Source: Ruminococcus albus 7 = DSM 20455 (GTDB lineage Bacteria; Bacillota; Clostridia; Oscillospirales; Ruminococcaceae). Taken from it: 32,000 nt of DNA. Positions within the stretch are counted from its first letter, which is position 1. Every line of letters starts with the position of its first letter. The translations under genes were made by a program, and so were the position numbers. The notes beneath the pieces are model-generated. The model ran no database searches and was not told where the DNA came from. It was given only the letters and a program-made list of their open reading frames with translations. The stretch covers positions 780,001-812,000 of the forward strand of contig NC_014833.1 of NCBI RefSeq assembly GCF_000179635.2. The letters run 5' to 3'. Positions 8,386 to 16,538 of the stretch are shown here, in pieces.

Positions 8386-9899
8386 ATGTCCGAACCAAAT
8401 ATGACATCGGAAATTGTATCGCTCCGTAATGAAAACGCTGTTCTCAAGGAAGAACTAGCACTTGCCAATCAGCAGTTAGCGTGGTTCAGAAAGCAGATAT
8501 TCGGAAGAAAAACAGAGCAGACATCTGTTGTTATGGAAAAGGAGTTCGGTGTTCAGCTTTCCATGTTCGGAAACAATGAAGAAAAATCCGCAGCTAAAAT
8601 CTGCCGAAACAATTACTGTTCCCGAACACAAGCGCAAGAAAAAACGCACTCACGATGAATGGATGAACAATCTGCCTGTAAAAGAAGAACATCACAAAAT
8701 TGACAACCCGGTATGCGAAATATGCGGCGCCGAAATGGAAGAACTGACTCCCGAAAAAGGCTTACGATGAACTTATATTTACGCCGCCAAAATATCATAT
8801 CCGCAGGCATATAGTACATAAGTACAAGTGTCCCGAGTGCGGAGAAAAGCCCGAAGAAAGGGACGAACCTTGTCATATCATCCGTGCGCCATATCCTCAC
8901 GCTATGATCCCGGGAAGCTATTGCTCTCCCGAACTTCTGGCTCATATCATCTACGAAAAATATGCAAAGTCAGTACCTCTGCACCGTCAGGAAAAGGACT
9001 TTAATTCCAAAAACATACCTCTGCTCAAAGCGACTATGTCTAATTGGGTAGGCACTGCTGCCGAAAAATGGTGTTTGCCGATTGTGGAGAAAATGCATGA
9101 GATGCTTATCGCAGGGCAGATGATCCATGCCGATGAAACGACCGTTCAGGTGCTTCGCGAGGAAGGCCGAAAGCCTACCACGACATCAAGAATGTGGGTC
9201 TACTGCAACGGCAAAATGAATGACAGGAGCATCATCATTTTCGATTATCAGCCGACACGAAAGGGTGAGCACGCCTCGAATTTCCTGAAAGGATTTATCG
9301 GCTATCTTATCTGTGACGGATACGATGCCTACAATGCAGTCGAGGGTGCTAAGCGATGCGGCTGTATGACTCATGCAAGGCGTGGTTTTATTCAGGCTCT
9401 TCCGAACGACCAAAAGCTGCACAGCACTTCTGTTGCGGCAAAGGCAGTAGAATATTTCAACAAGATATATCACGAAGAAAATCTGCTTGCCGACAGCTCC
9501 ACAGAATACAGATATAAACAGCGCCTTGTGAAGGTAAAGCCTTTGCTTGACGAGTTTTTTGCGTGGCTTGAAAATGTTCAGGTCAGTGGTAAGGGCAAGC
9601 TGACAGATGCAGTAAGATATGCGTTGAATGAACGGAAATATCTTTACACGTTTCTTGAAAACGGAGACGTGCCTATCGACAACAACAGAGCCGAAAACGC
9701 AATAAGACCGTTTGCGTTAGGCCGAAAAAATTGGCTGTTTTCAAATACAGCAAACGGAGCCAGATCAAGTGCAACGCTGTATTCGATCATTTCAACTGCA
9801 CAGGCGAACGGTGTTGATGCTGAGAAATACCTGACCGAGCTGTTTTCACAGCCTGCGGGGACGATATTATTACCATGGAGGGAAGAAAATGAAACTTAG
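8386..9899 (+). pseudogene. tnpC: IS66 DDE transposase TnpC, broken by two +1 frame changes
   Basis: The N-terminus (LAWFRKQIFGRKTEQ) is in frame 1 up to about 8600. The zinc-finger part (NPVCEICGAEMEEL) is in frame 2 up to 8770. The rest (KYKCPECG...HADETTVQVL...PIDNNRAENAIRPFALGRKNWLF) is in frame 3 up to 9899. Confidence 0.85.
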
Positions 9900-10428
9900 T
9901 AATGAAGATGCAAAGCTGTTTTATGAACTGTTTTTTCCACTGCTTGACTATGTGAACAGAGAATATCATATACTTCCTGAGGAAGATTATTTCGGGCAAG
10001 GAATGATCGACCCACAGGACGCTGCGGAGGTTGCCCACTTTTTATGGGAACGGACATGGATCATTGATGATTATCTTGAGCGATCGGATCTGCCCGAAGA
10101 ACACATGGAGATACTTAAAAGCTGGAAAGGGTGCATCACCGGCAGATTTATCATTGAGCGACATTGGAAAAAGGGATCGGTATTTATATCGATCGATGAC
10201 AATTCTGTTTTTCTTGTAAACGGCATTGTCAGCAGTTGGGAGGAAATGCTGAGAAATGCACCGATGCCAACTTTGCTTGATGCAGCGCTTCTGCCATTTA
10301 AAAATGCGATCATTTCCGATGGCCTGGTATCTGTTATGCCGATCATATTCGGTCCGAACAGCAAAGCTGATTTCAAAGAAATATACATGGACGCAAAGAG
10401 AAATGGAGAAATCAAAGCCAGAATATGA
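9889..10428 (+). CDS. Hypothetical protein (179 aa), passenger ORF inside the IS66 element
   Basis: ATG 9889 overlaps the tnpC stop (9897-9899), with GGAGGG 5 nt upstream. The ORF ends 48 nt before the right IR. I recognise no family. Confidence 0.55.
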   Translation: MKLSNEDAKLFYELFFPLLDYVNREYHILPEEDYFGQGMIDPQDAAEVAHFLWERTWIIDDYLERSDLPEEHMEILKSWKGCITGRFIIERHWKKGSVFISIDDNSVFLVNGIVSSWEEMLRNAPMPTLLDAALLPFKNAIISDGLVSVMPIIFGPNSKADFKEIYMDAKRNGEIKARI

Positions 10429-10475
10429 TGTTACGGCCGGGTGTTATCTGCCCGGCTGTTTGCTTTTATGATGCG

Positions 10476-10492
10476 GGGGGTTATACGCTTAC
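10476..10492. repeat. IS66 right terminal inverted repeat
   Basis: GGGGGTTATACGCTTAC is the reverse complement of 7485-7501. Confidence 0.9.
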
Positions 10493-10500
10493 TGTGTATC
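10493..10500. repeat. Target-site duplication, right copy (TGTGTATC)
   Basis: Identical to 7477-7484. Confidence 0.9.
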
Positions 10501-10567
10501 TGCTCATAAAAAATCCTCCTACTTATCGTTCAGATGTATCAGCGAGCGGTCATAAAAATATGCTCAT

Positions 10568-10654
10568 TTTGTCCGCTGATATGATCTGCACATCGGTTAA
10601 AAACGAATAAGTACAAGGGTATGTCGAATGGTTTTTGTCCGCTATTTGTCCGCT
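10568..10654. repeat. Three direct copies of TTTGTCCGCT (10568-10577, 10634-10643, 10645-10654)
   Basis: Exact 10-mers; the last two are tandem with a 1-nt gap. They lie in the non-coding stretch between the TnpV-like start and the 3' end of the integrase gene. Confidence 0.8.
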
Positions 10655-10803
10655 AAGGGTGCAAAAACTTAGCGAAAAACAGGATAAACGGACTTTTGTG
10701 ATTTGTTCTAAAATGCCGTATTTTCGGGATTTTCTGCATATCTCGACAAGTCACGAAAAGTGCGCCGAGACTTTCAATTCCCGTACGGGTCATACTTTTG
10801 AGT

Positions 10804-10847
10804 GCTCGGAAACAGCGTAAATACGCGGTTTCCGAGCTTTGCTTTTT
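10804..10847 (+). terminator. Strong hairpin plus T-tract (terminator-like on the + strand)
   Basis: GCTCGGAAACAGCG / CGCGGTTTCCGAGC form a 13/14-bp stem with loop TAAATA, followed by TTTGCTTTTT. No convincing + strand gene lies upstream. Confidence 0.45.
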
Positions 10848-10914
10848 ATGTGAAATTGCCATTTGTTCTTTGTTTGTTCTTTATAGAGAAAAATACAATT
10901 TTTGAGCCTTGGGG

Positions 10915-12105
10915 TCAGGCACCTCTCGGCTCTTTTTTACTGCATGAAAAATCAAGCGCTGCACTGACTGCTTCGGAGACTTTTGCCCTTGCTTCGTCGA
11001 GCATATGACAGTAAATATTACTCGTTGTTGAGACCGTCGAGTGTCCTAACGCTCCCGAGACTGTCACGATGTCAACGCCCTGGTTGACGAGAAGCGATGC
11101 GAACAAGTGCCTGAAGCTGTGCAATCCATAGAACGGAAGGTCGTGTTTCTCACAGAACTCTCCCAGCCAGAAGTAAGGTGTGCCGTTCTGCATGGGCAGT
11201 CCGTTCCACTTGGTGTATAGCCTGTCGGTCTCAACCCACTTGTCACCGCATTTGAGAGCCTGCATATCCTGTTCGTCCTTGTACTCACGGAGCATATCCA
11301 TTATCTCCTGCGGAAATTTCAGCGTCCTCTGGGATTTCTTTGTCTTGGTGGTATCGGTGTACGTTCCCTTTCTGCCTGTGTAGTTGCTTGTTCTGCGGAT
11401 GCTGATGATATTATGCTCGAAGTCCACATCTTTCCATTCAAGACCCAGCATCTCACCACGGCGGAAACCGCTGAATATCATCAGGTTGAAGAATGTGCGG
11501 TACTTCAGAGGCTCATCGTTCAGCAGTGTGAGGAATCTCTGCACCTGTTCGGGCGTGTAGATCTTCTTTTCTGCCTGATTGTTCTTCGGCAGTGTGACCT
11601 TTGAGCATGGATTGTCGTTCACCACGCCCATTTTTACGGCGTAGCTGAATACATCGGATACGAAGCTCAGGTTGTGCCTTATGGTCTTGGGTGCGAGAGG
11701 TTTTCCCGTGCGCTCATTGGCTCCCTCTCTTGAAAGAGAATTTACGAATGCCTGTATCTGCCTCGGGGTTATCTTGTCCATTCTCATGTGACCAAGTGCA
11801 GGGTATATCCTTCCCCTGAGCTGGAGCATACGCTCGTATGTGGTGTTTCTGAGGTTCGGCTTTGCGTATTCCTCAAACCACTGCTCGGCGAAAACCTCGA
11901 ACTTTATCGCCTTGCTCTGATAGCCCTTGTTGCAGGCTTCCTCGAACATGACAGCCTGCCTGTTTACCTCCTTCTCGATCTGCTTCCTGGTCATGCCCGT
12001 TTCGGGCTTCCAGGTCATAGACTGTATCATCTGTTTGCCTTTGCTGTTATAGCCGCAGCTCACCCTTATGGAGTAGCTGTCGCCGCGTTTTTTTATAGTA
12101 GCCAT
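10915..12105 (-). CDS. int: Tyrosine-type site-specific integrase
   Basis: N-terminal SAM-like region, then C-terminal FSGFRRGEMLGLEW (Arg), LHSFRHLFASLL (HxxR) and GHSTVSTTSNIYCH (His...Tyr). GGGAGGA RBS lies upstream. Confidence 0.9.
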   Translation of the reverse strand: MATIKKRGDSYSIRVSCGYNSKGKQMIQSMTWKPETGMTRKQIEKEVNRQAVMFEEACNKGYQSKAIKFEVFAEQWFEEYAKPNLRNTTYERMLQLRGRIYPALGHMRMDKITPRQIQAFVNSLSREGANERTGKPLAPKTIRHNLSFVSDVFSYAVKMGVVNDNPCSKVTLPKNNQAEKKIYTPEQVQRFLTLLNDEPLKYRTFFNLMIFSGFRRGEMLGLEWKDVDFEHNIISIRRTSNYTGRKGTYTDTTKTKKSQRTLKFPQEIMDMLREYKDEQDMQALKCGDKWVETDRLYTKWNGLPMQNGTPYFWLGEFCEKHDLPFYGLHSFRHLFASLLVNQGVDIVTVSGALGHSTVSTTSNIYCHMLDEARAKVSEAVSAALDFSCSKKEPRGA

Positions 12106-12211
12106 AAAATTTCCTCCCTGGAAATATCACAGCGTACCTTTCCGATATCAATTGTAGCGCAATATACCGGCTTTGTCAAGGCACGCTGTCCGAACTTGTT
12201 AAGACCGGCGG

Positions 12212-12763
12212 CTATCCTCCCTTCTTTTCCATAAATCTTTCTATATCCTTCACGACCCCTTTCATTGAGAACCTGCCTGCTTTATTGTAATCTATGAACT
12301 CACGGCACAGGTATTCCGCCCATTCCAGGTGATGCAGGCTGTATACGAAACGCTCATCGGGCTTTTCGGCAGGGGAGCGCGGTGCATATTCCTGCCAGTC
12401 ACGCATAAGCCACAGGTAATCATTGAGTGTTCGCCACGCCTGTTTCTCCCACTGTTCGTAAGCCCTGCGTTCTTCTGCTCGCTTCACGTATTCGCTCGCT
12501 TCTTTCGCAGTCGGGGCTTGTCCGATGCTTATGTTAAGACCGAAGTCGCTGTTCAGCTTCTTCACCGCATCTATGGGCTTTGCCAGCCCGAACATCTTCT
12601 GCGTGAAGCTTATCACATCGGCGGACTCGCCGCAGCCGAAGCAGTGGAGCCTTTGGGGGTAGACCTTAGCCGAGGGCGTTTTCTCCGCATGGAACGGACA
12701 CAGGCACATACCCGACCTGTTAATGTGCAGTCCGTACCCGAGGGCAACTGTCTTCATATCCAC
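12212..12763 (-). CDS. CHC2 zinc-finger (DnaG-primase-type) protein
   Basis: CLCPFHAEKTPSAKVY...LHCFGCGESADVISF is the CHC2 primase zinc-finger motif. Confidence 0.75.
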   Translation of the reverse strand: MDMKTVALGYGLHINRSGMCLCPFHAEKTPSAKVYPQRLHCFGCGESADVISFTQKMFGLAKPIDAVKKLNSDFGLNISIGQAPTAKEASEYVKRAEERRAYEQWEKQAWRTLNDYLWLMRDWQEYAPRSPAEKPDERFVYSLHHLEWAEYLCREFIDYNKAGRFSMKGVVKDIERFMEKKGG

Positions 12764-12789
12764 GGCCTGCCTGGCTTCTTCAAAAACAG

Positions 12790-13077
12790 TTATTTTCGGA
12801 AATATGCCATAAGATCAGCTTTGTTTACCAGTATCTTTCCCCGCTTGCCTGCACCGGTGCGGACTGACTTTACTTTTTCCTGCGCCACCAGCTGTCTCAC
12901 AGTATGCTCTGAGAGTCCCTGTATGACCTCGGTGCATTCCCTGATGGTGAGCATCTCCACAGGCTGTGAGGCGGTCTCACGGCTTTCAGGCTGCGTCTCG
13001 GCACCATCGTTTACGAGCCGTATCAGCAGCTCGTAGATATTGTCAACTATGATCTTCTTTTCAATACTGCTCATCAT
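12790..13077 (-). CDS. Excisionase-family helix-turn-helix DNA-binding protein
   Basis: MLTIRECTEVIQGLSEHTVRQLVAQEKVKSVRTGAGKRGKILVNKADLMAYF has an HTH_17/Xis-like pattern. GGAGG lies 8 nt upstream of ATG 13077; the longer listed N-terminus overlaps the upstream gene. Confidence 0.65.
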   Translation of the reverse strand: MMSSIEKKIIVDNIYELLIRLVNDGAETQPESRETASQPVEMLTIRECTEVIQGLSEHTVRQLVAQEKVKSVRTGAGKRGKILVNKADLMAYFRK

Positions 13078-13094
13078 ATATGCTACCTCCATCA

Positions 13095-14066
13095 TTACTG
13101 TTCTGCTTTTGGCAGCGACCAGTACCACTGACCGCTGCGTTTGACCGACTTCACACCAAGGACTTTCTTTGCTTCGTCCAGTGTTCGCTTCGAGATATTT
13201 GAGAATTTCGCTTTGGCGGTTATTATCTGCTGTGAGATCTCGCCGTTTTTCAGCTCCTCCTGCAGAAGCTCCATAGCCTGTCTGCCCTTGGACTTTGTAC
13301 CTACGCCCATAAGTATCTCATCGATATTGCACTCATACTCGCCCCTGAAATAAAAACCCCTGTCAGGGTCAAGCTCAAAGGCTACTGTTTTTCCCTCGGG
13401 GGCGAGACTGCTTTTCGTGTGGGCGATCATTCTGAAATTCGGGTTTTCCTTGTCCCTTGCCACTATCAGTACGCTTCGTGCGGCGGCTGTTATATCGATG
13501 GAGCCAAGCCCGCGGTATGTTGACTTCATTCCCATTGCCTTGTTCATGTGACCGATAAGCACTATGGCACAGCCGTACTTCTCTGCGATCGCTCCCAGGT
13601 GACTCATAACGGGGCGTATCTCATTGGCTCTGTGCATATCAACTTCCGCCCCGATATATGCCTGCAAAGGGTCGAGGATAACGAGCTTCGCTCCGGTATG
13701 TGCGATGGCTGCTTCAAGACGTTTGTCCGACATGGTGACGTTCCTTTCGCTCTCGTTTATCACGATGATATGAGAGCAGTCTGCACCTGCACTGAGAAGT
13801 CTCGGTTTGACTGTGTCGGAAAGTTCGTCCTCAGCCGTCTGGTAGATTACGTTCATGGGCTCGCATTTCTCCTGCGACTGCGGAAACATACCCTGTGTAA
13901 GCAGGGCGGCGACATTCAGTATCAGTGTCGTCTTGCCCTCACCCGGGTCACCCTGTATGACCGTTATCTTCCCGAAGGGTATGTAGGGATACCACAGCCA
14001 CTTGGTTTCCGTAGCCTGTACTCTGTCCATGTAGATGAGTTCGTTGGATATCATTTCATTGTGCAA
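13095..14066 (-). CDS. RepA/AAA_25-like RecA-superfamily ATPase (replication or helicase-loader type of integrated elements)
   Basis: Walker A is IQGDPGEGKTT and Walker B region is KLVILDPLQAY, followed by VLIGHMNKA. The start is TTG, with AAGGGAG 7 nt upstream. Confidence 0.7.
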   Translation of the reverse strand: MHNEMISNELIYMDRVQATETKWLWYPYIPFGKITVIQGDPGEGKTTLILNVAALLTQGMFPQSQEKCEPMNVIYQTAEDELSDTVKPRLLSAGADCSHIIVINESERNVTMSDKRLEAAIAHTGAKLVILDPLQAYIGAEVDMHRANEIRPVMSHLGAIAEKYGCAIVLIGHMNKAMGMKSTYRGLGSIDITAAARSVLIVARDKENPNFRMIAHTKSSLAPEGKTVAFELDPDRGFYFRGEYECNIDEILMGVGTKSKGRQAMELLQEELKNGEISQQIITAKAKFSNISKRTLDEAKKVLGVKSVKRSGQWYWSLPKAEQ

Positions 14067-14798
14067 TATAAAACTCCCTTTCCTGTTGTATTTCTGACCG
14101 CTTGAAAACCTCCCTCCGTATACAATCTTTTTACCCCCGAAAGTTGCACGAAAACGTACAACAAATAATAAAATATGTCCAAGGTAAATATAAAAACATA
14201 TGTTTGCATAAACCGCAGCGTGTTTTTTTGTGCGGTATGCACTGCAGGATATCAGAACCTGACCACTTCCTTTTCCGCAGAATTAAAAAGCGCTTTTATT
14301 ATTGCAGCCGATTAAAAATCTTCAGCGCTGTATTACCTATTATAGCGAACCCGAAGCCGCTTGTCTACTCGTTTTATCCCTAAAGATTCCGGGCATTTTT
14401 TCTCTTGGTAGACAGAAATCTGGTACCCTGTTTCACGCCAAATCACTTCAAATAACTTCACTTAACTTTGAGTCACGATTTTTTCTTAAAAATCAAGTTT
14501 CAGAGCTTTCGTCATAATGACATGGCGGTAGACATTTTTTTCAAAAAAATTTTTTCTGTTTGCTCGTGAAAGATCTTAACGGCTGCATCGACCATTTTAT
14601 ATCAACCGAAAAGAAAAATCAATTCGTATTCTGAATAAACTTTTTCGGGCAAAAACCGAAAGTCCCTTGTGTCATGTGGTAATATAAAGTATTCTGAAAA
14701 CTTCTGCGGCAGTCTGTTCCCGAAAAGGCTGATTTTGCTGTCGGCATAATGACGAAAGAGCTGAAAATGTTAGATATAATTTTTTTGCTAAAGGAAGG

Positions 14799-14839
14799 TT
14801 GCAAGGTTGCAGGTTTTTATAATGTTTGCAACCTTGCAA
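14799..14839. repeat. Perfect 13-bp inverted repeat TTGCAAGGTTGCA / TGCAACCTTGCAA with a 15-nt AT-rich spacer
   Basis: 14799-14811 and 14827-14839 are exact reverse complements. The spacer contains TATAAT. Confidence 0.8.
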
Positions 14840-15059
14840 TGTTGAACTGAAATTTTTTTATGATATTCTGTAAATATTTTCGGAAATCAACAACAAATCT
14901 GCGAATTTTCTACCTATATATATGAGGGGGAAAATAATCAGCATTCTTAGACGGCGTCCGTGACTGATGCCGGGATGAATTATTTTTCAAAAAAATAAGA
15001 GCCGAAAGGCTCATTACGAATATGCTCCCGAAGGGTGCAGATCACACCTAGCAAGCACG

Positions 15060-15096
15060 GTATGGTGTGGGTACAAATTTGAAAAACACACCATAC
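15060..15096. repeat. Perfect 10-bp inverted repeat GTATGGTGTG / CACACCATAC with a 17-nt loop
   Basis: 15060-15069 and 15087-15096 are exact reverse complements, about 65 bp upstream of the MobC-like gene. Confidence 0.8.
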
Positions 15097-15160
15097 AAAG
15101 CTTGTGAGAGGGACACCCCTCAGACCCCGATGATCAACATAAGAAAGAGAGGTATTTTTA

Positions 15161-15523
15161 ATGAGAAGAAGGACGAATAAAATGCAGAAAAGCAAGCGTG
15201 ATATTTTCCTGAAGATCAGAGTTACTGAAGAAGAACTTGAAGCGTTCAGACGCAAGTTCAATAACAGCGGAATGAAGACATTTTCCGGCTTCCTGAGAGC
15301 GATGATACTGGAGGGATATATCGTTCGTTTCAACGAAGATGAGCTTCGTGAAATTTATCGCCTGGCGACGAACATTAACGGCAATATAAATCAGATATTG
15401 CGTCACGTTGACCGTGATGATAATTCTTTTGACAGCGACATCGCAGAGATCAAAGAAAAGATGTATCAGATCTGGCAGGCGATGATCTATTTTCAGGGGA
15501 AGAATTTACAGTTGAAACACTGA
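15161..15523 (+). CDS. mobC: MobC-like relaxosome accessory protein (ribbon-helix-helix)
   Basis: IFLKIRVTEEELEAFRRKF...GFLRAMIL and LATNINGNINQILRHV match the MobC family motif (..iG.NiNQia..lN). Confidence 0.75.
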   Translation: MRRRTNKMQKSKRDIFLKIRVTEEELEAFRRKFNNSGMKTFSGFLRAMILEGYIVRFNEDELREIYRLATNINGNINQILRHVDRDDNSFDSDIAEIKEKMYQIWQAMIYFQGKNLQLKH

Positions 15524-15667
15524 GAAAAACAATGCGCATTGCACTGGTATTATTTCTCTTTTTGCTGCGCCTTTCACAAGAATTATTACAATCATTCTGA
15601 TATTCTGGACTCCGGTAGTTTTATCGGATATAATGGATTCACAATAAAACTTATGGAGGCGATTTTT

Positions 15668-15877
15668 ATGTATACTATCCCCGAGTTGGCAATGCCGAAA
15701 TCACGCAGGGTAACTACTGTCTGCAACGGAAGAAAAGAGGTCTGGGAAGACCGTGAAGAAGCACAGGACTTCTTTCTCAGACAGATGATGACTATCGAAG
15801 GCGAGGAACGTGAACGGGCGGAGTGTGTTTACATCCAGCTTATACATGGGTTGGAGGAGTGCAGTGATGAGGACTGA
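15668..15877 (+). CDS. Small acidic hypothetical protein (69 aa)
   Basis: GGAGG lies 8 nt upstream of ATG 15668. The listed longer ORF from 15539 has no RBS. Confidence 0.5.
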   Translation: MYTIPELAMPKSRRVTTVCNGRKEVWEDREEAQDFFLRQMMTIEGEERERAECVYIQLIHGLEECSDED

Positions 15878-15889
15878 AAGGAGATTAAT

Positions 15890-16219
15890 ATGCTGAACAA
15901 AGTTATGATGTCAGGCAGACTTCTGACCGAGCTTGCGGTTACTATAAAAGATGACCTCAAATATTGTATATTCAGTATTGCTGTTGAGCAGACTAAGCGA
16001 AAAGGTGTTGATGCCGTCAAGACAGATACATTTACCTGCATCGCTTTTGATGACAATGCAAGTGCAGTGAGCTTTCTTTATTTCAAAGGCGGTACTATTA
16101 CATTTGTTGGTTCGCTCAGGAATGCTTACGATAACACCGCTGTTCTCATAGTTGAGGAGCTGCACTTCAAAAATAAGTTTGATGTTAAGGTGGATGTTAA
16201 TTCGGATCAGATTTTCTGA
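15890..16219 (+). CDS. SSB-like OB-fold protein (no acidic C-terminal tail)
   Basis: MLNKVMMSGRLLTELAV...FSIAVEQ...DTFTCIAFDDNA...FKGGTITFVGSL follows the SSB OB-fold pattern. Confidence 0.5.
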   Translation: MLNKVMMSGRLLTELAVTIKDDLKYCIFSIAVEQTKRKGVDAVKTDTFTCIAFDDNASAVSFLYFKGGTITFVGSLRNAYDNTAVLIVEELHFKNKFDVKVDVNSDQIF

Positions 16220-16311
16220 CAGTGCAGTTAATATGCTCTCAGGCGAACGGAAAAGGTCTGTAATGGCTTTCGGATATGGTTTCCGTTCTGTTATCCATTA
16301 ATATGAAACGA

Positions 16312-16346
16312 GGCTCTCAGAGTTTATTCTGGGAGCCTTGTTGTAT
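16312..16346 (+). terminator. Probable terminator at the end of the GC-richer block
   Basis: GGCTCTCAG / CTGGGAGCC form a stem with one G:U pair and an 8-nt loop, followed by TTGTTGTAT. Confidence 0.45.
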
Positions 16347-16482
16347 ATGAAATAGTTATTGCAATAACATAGATTTTGCTTTTCACTGTAAATCATAATT
16401 GTGTGTCTAATGAGTTGATGTAAATGCTTTGTTCAGAATGGATAAATGATTTGTCTGTTTTAACCAAAAAGGCAGCGCGATA

Positions 16483-16511
16483 TTGATTTCTATGTAGTTA
16501 TGTGTTATAAT
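16483..16511 (+). promoter_or_regulatory. Sigma-70-type promoter of the seven-gene operon
   Basis: TTGATT (16483-16488), a 17-nt spacer, then TGtTATAAT (extended -10, TATAAT = 16506-16511). Confidence 0.6.
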
Positions 16512-16538
16512 ATTAAAAAATCATTAAGGTGGGATAAT

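Larger units (their letters stand above)
7485..10492 (+). mobile_element. IS66-family insertion sequence (3008 bp) with tnpA, tnpB, a frameshifted tnpC and one extra ORF
   Basis: The terminal inverted repeats GTAAGCGTATAACCCCC (7485-7501) and its reverse complement (10476-10492) are identical over 17/17 nt. A GTAA start is typical of IS66. There is an 8-bp TSD, and the internal genes have IS66 hallmarks. Confidence 0.9.

Noticed and set aside
8570-8765. Programmed -1 ribosomal frameshifting in the IS transposase, as in IS1/IS3 A6G sites.
   Set aside because: Both frame changes are +1 (frame 1 to 2, then 2 to 3) rather than -1. The runs are only A5, and IS66 TnpC is normally a single ORF.
10635-11008. 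ORFs 10635-10820(+), 10653-10862(-) and 10802-11008(+) as genes.
   Set aside because: They have no RBS and use non-ATG or weak starts. They overlap each other, the TTTGTCCGCT repeats and the strong hairpin, and their composition is not protein-like.
11064-14105. Long plus-strand ORFs opposite the int, primase-like and RepA-like genes (for example 11788-12234, 12329-13036 and 13548-14105).
   Set aside because: These are antisense shadows of motif-bearing minus-strand genes in GC-richer DNA. Their translations are Arg/Ser/Cys-rich with no motifs and no RBS.
14051-15406. Small ORFs in the 1.1-kb spacer (14051-14242, 14102-14383, 14302-14517, 14619-14804, 14980-15333, 15158-15406).
   Set aside because: They have no RBS, give low-complexity translations, and overlap hairpins or the mobC gene in antisense. 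I treat the region as non-coding.
7578-16538. Longer N-termini given in the ORF track for tnpA (7578), the 69-aa ORF (15539) and the 78-aa ORF (16500).
   Set aside because: The RBS-supported ATGs are at 7626, 15668 and 16539. The 16500 start lies inside the promoter -10 region.
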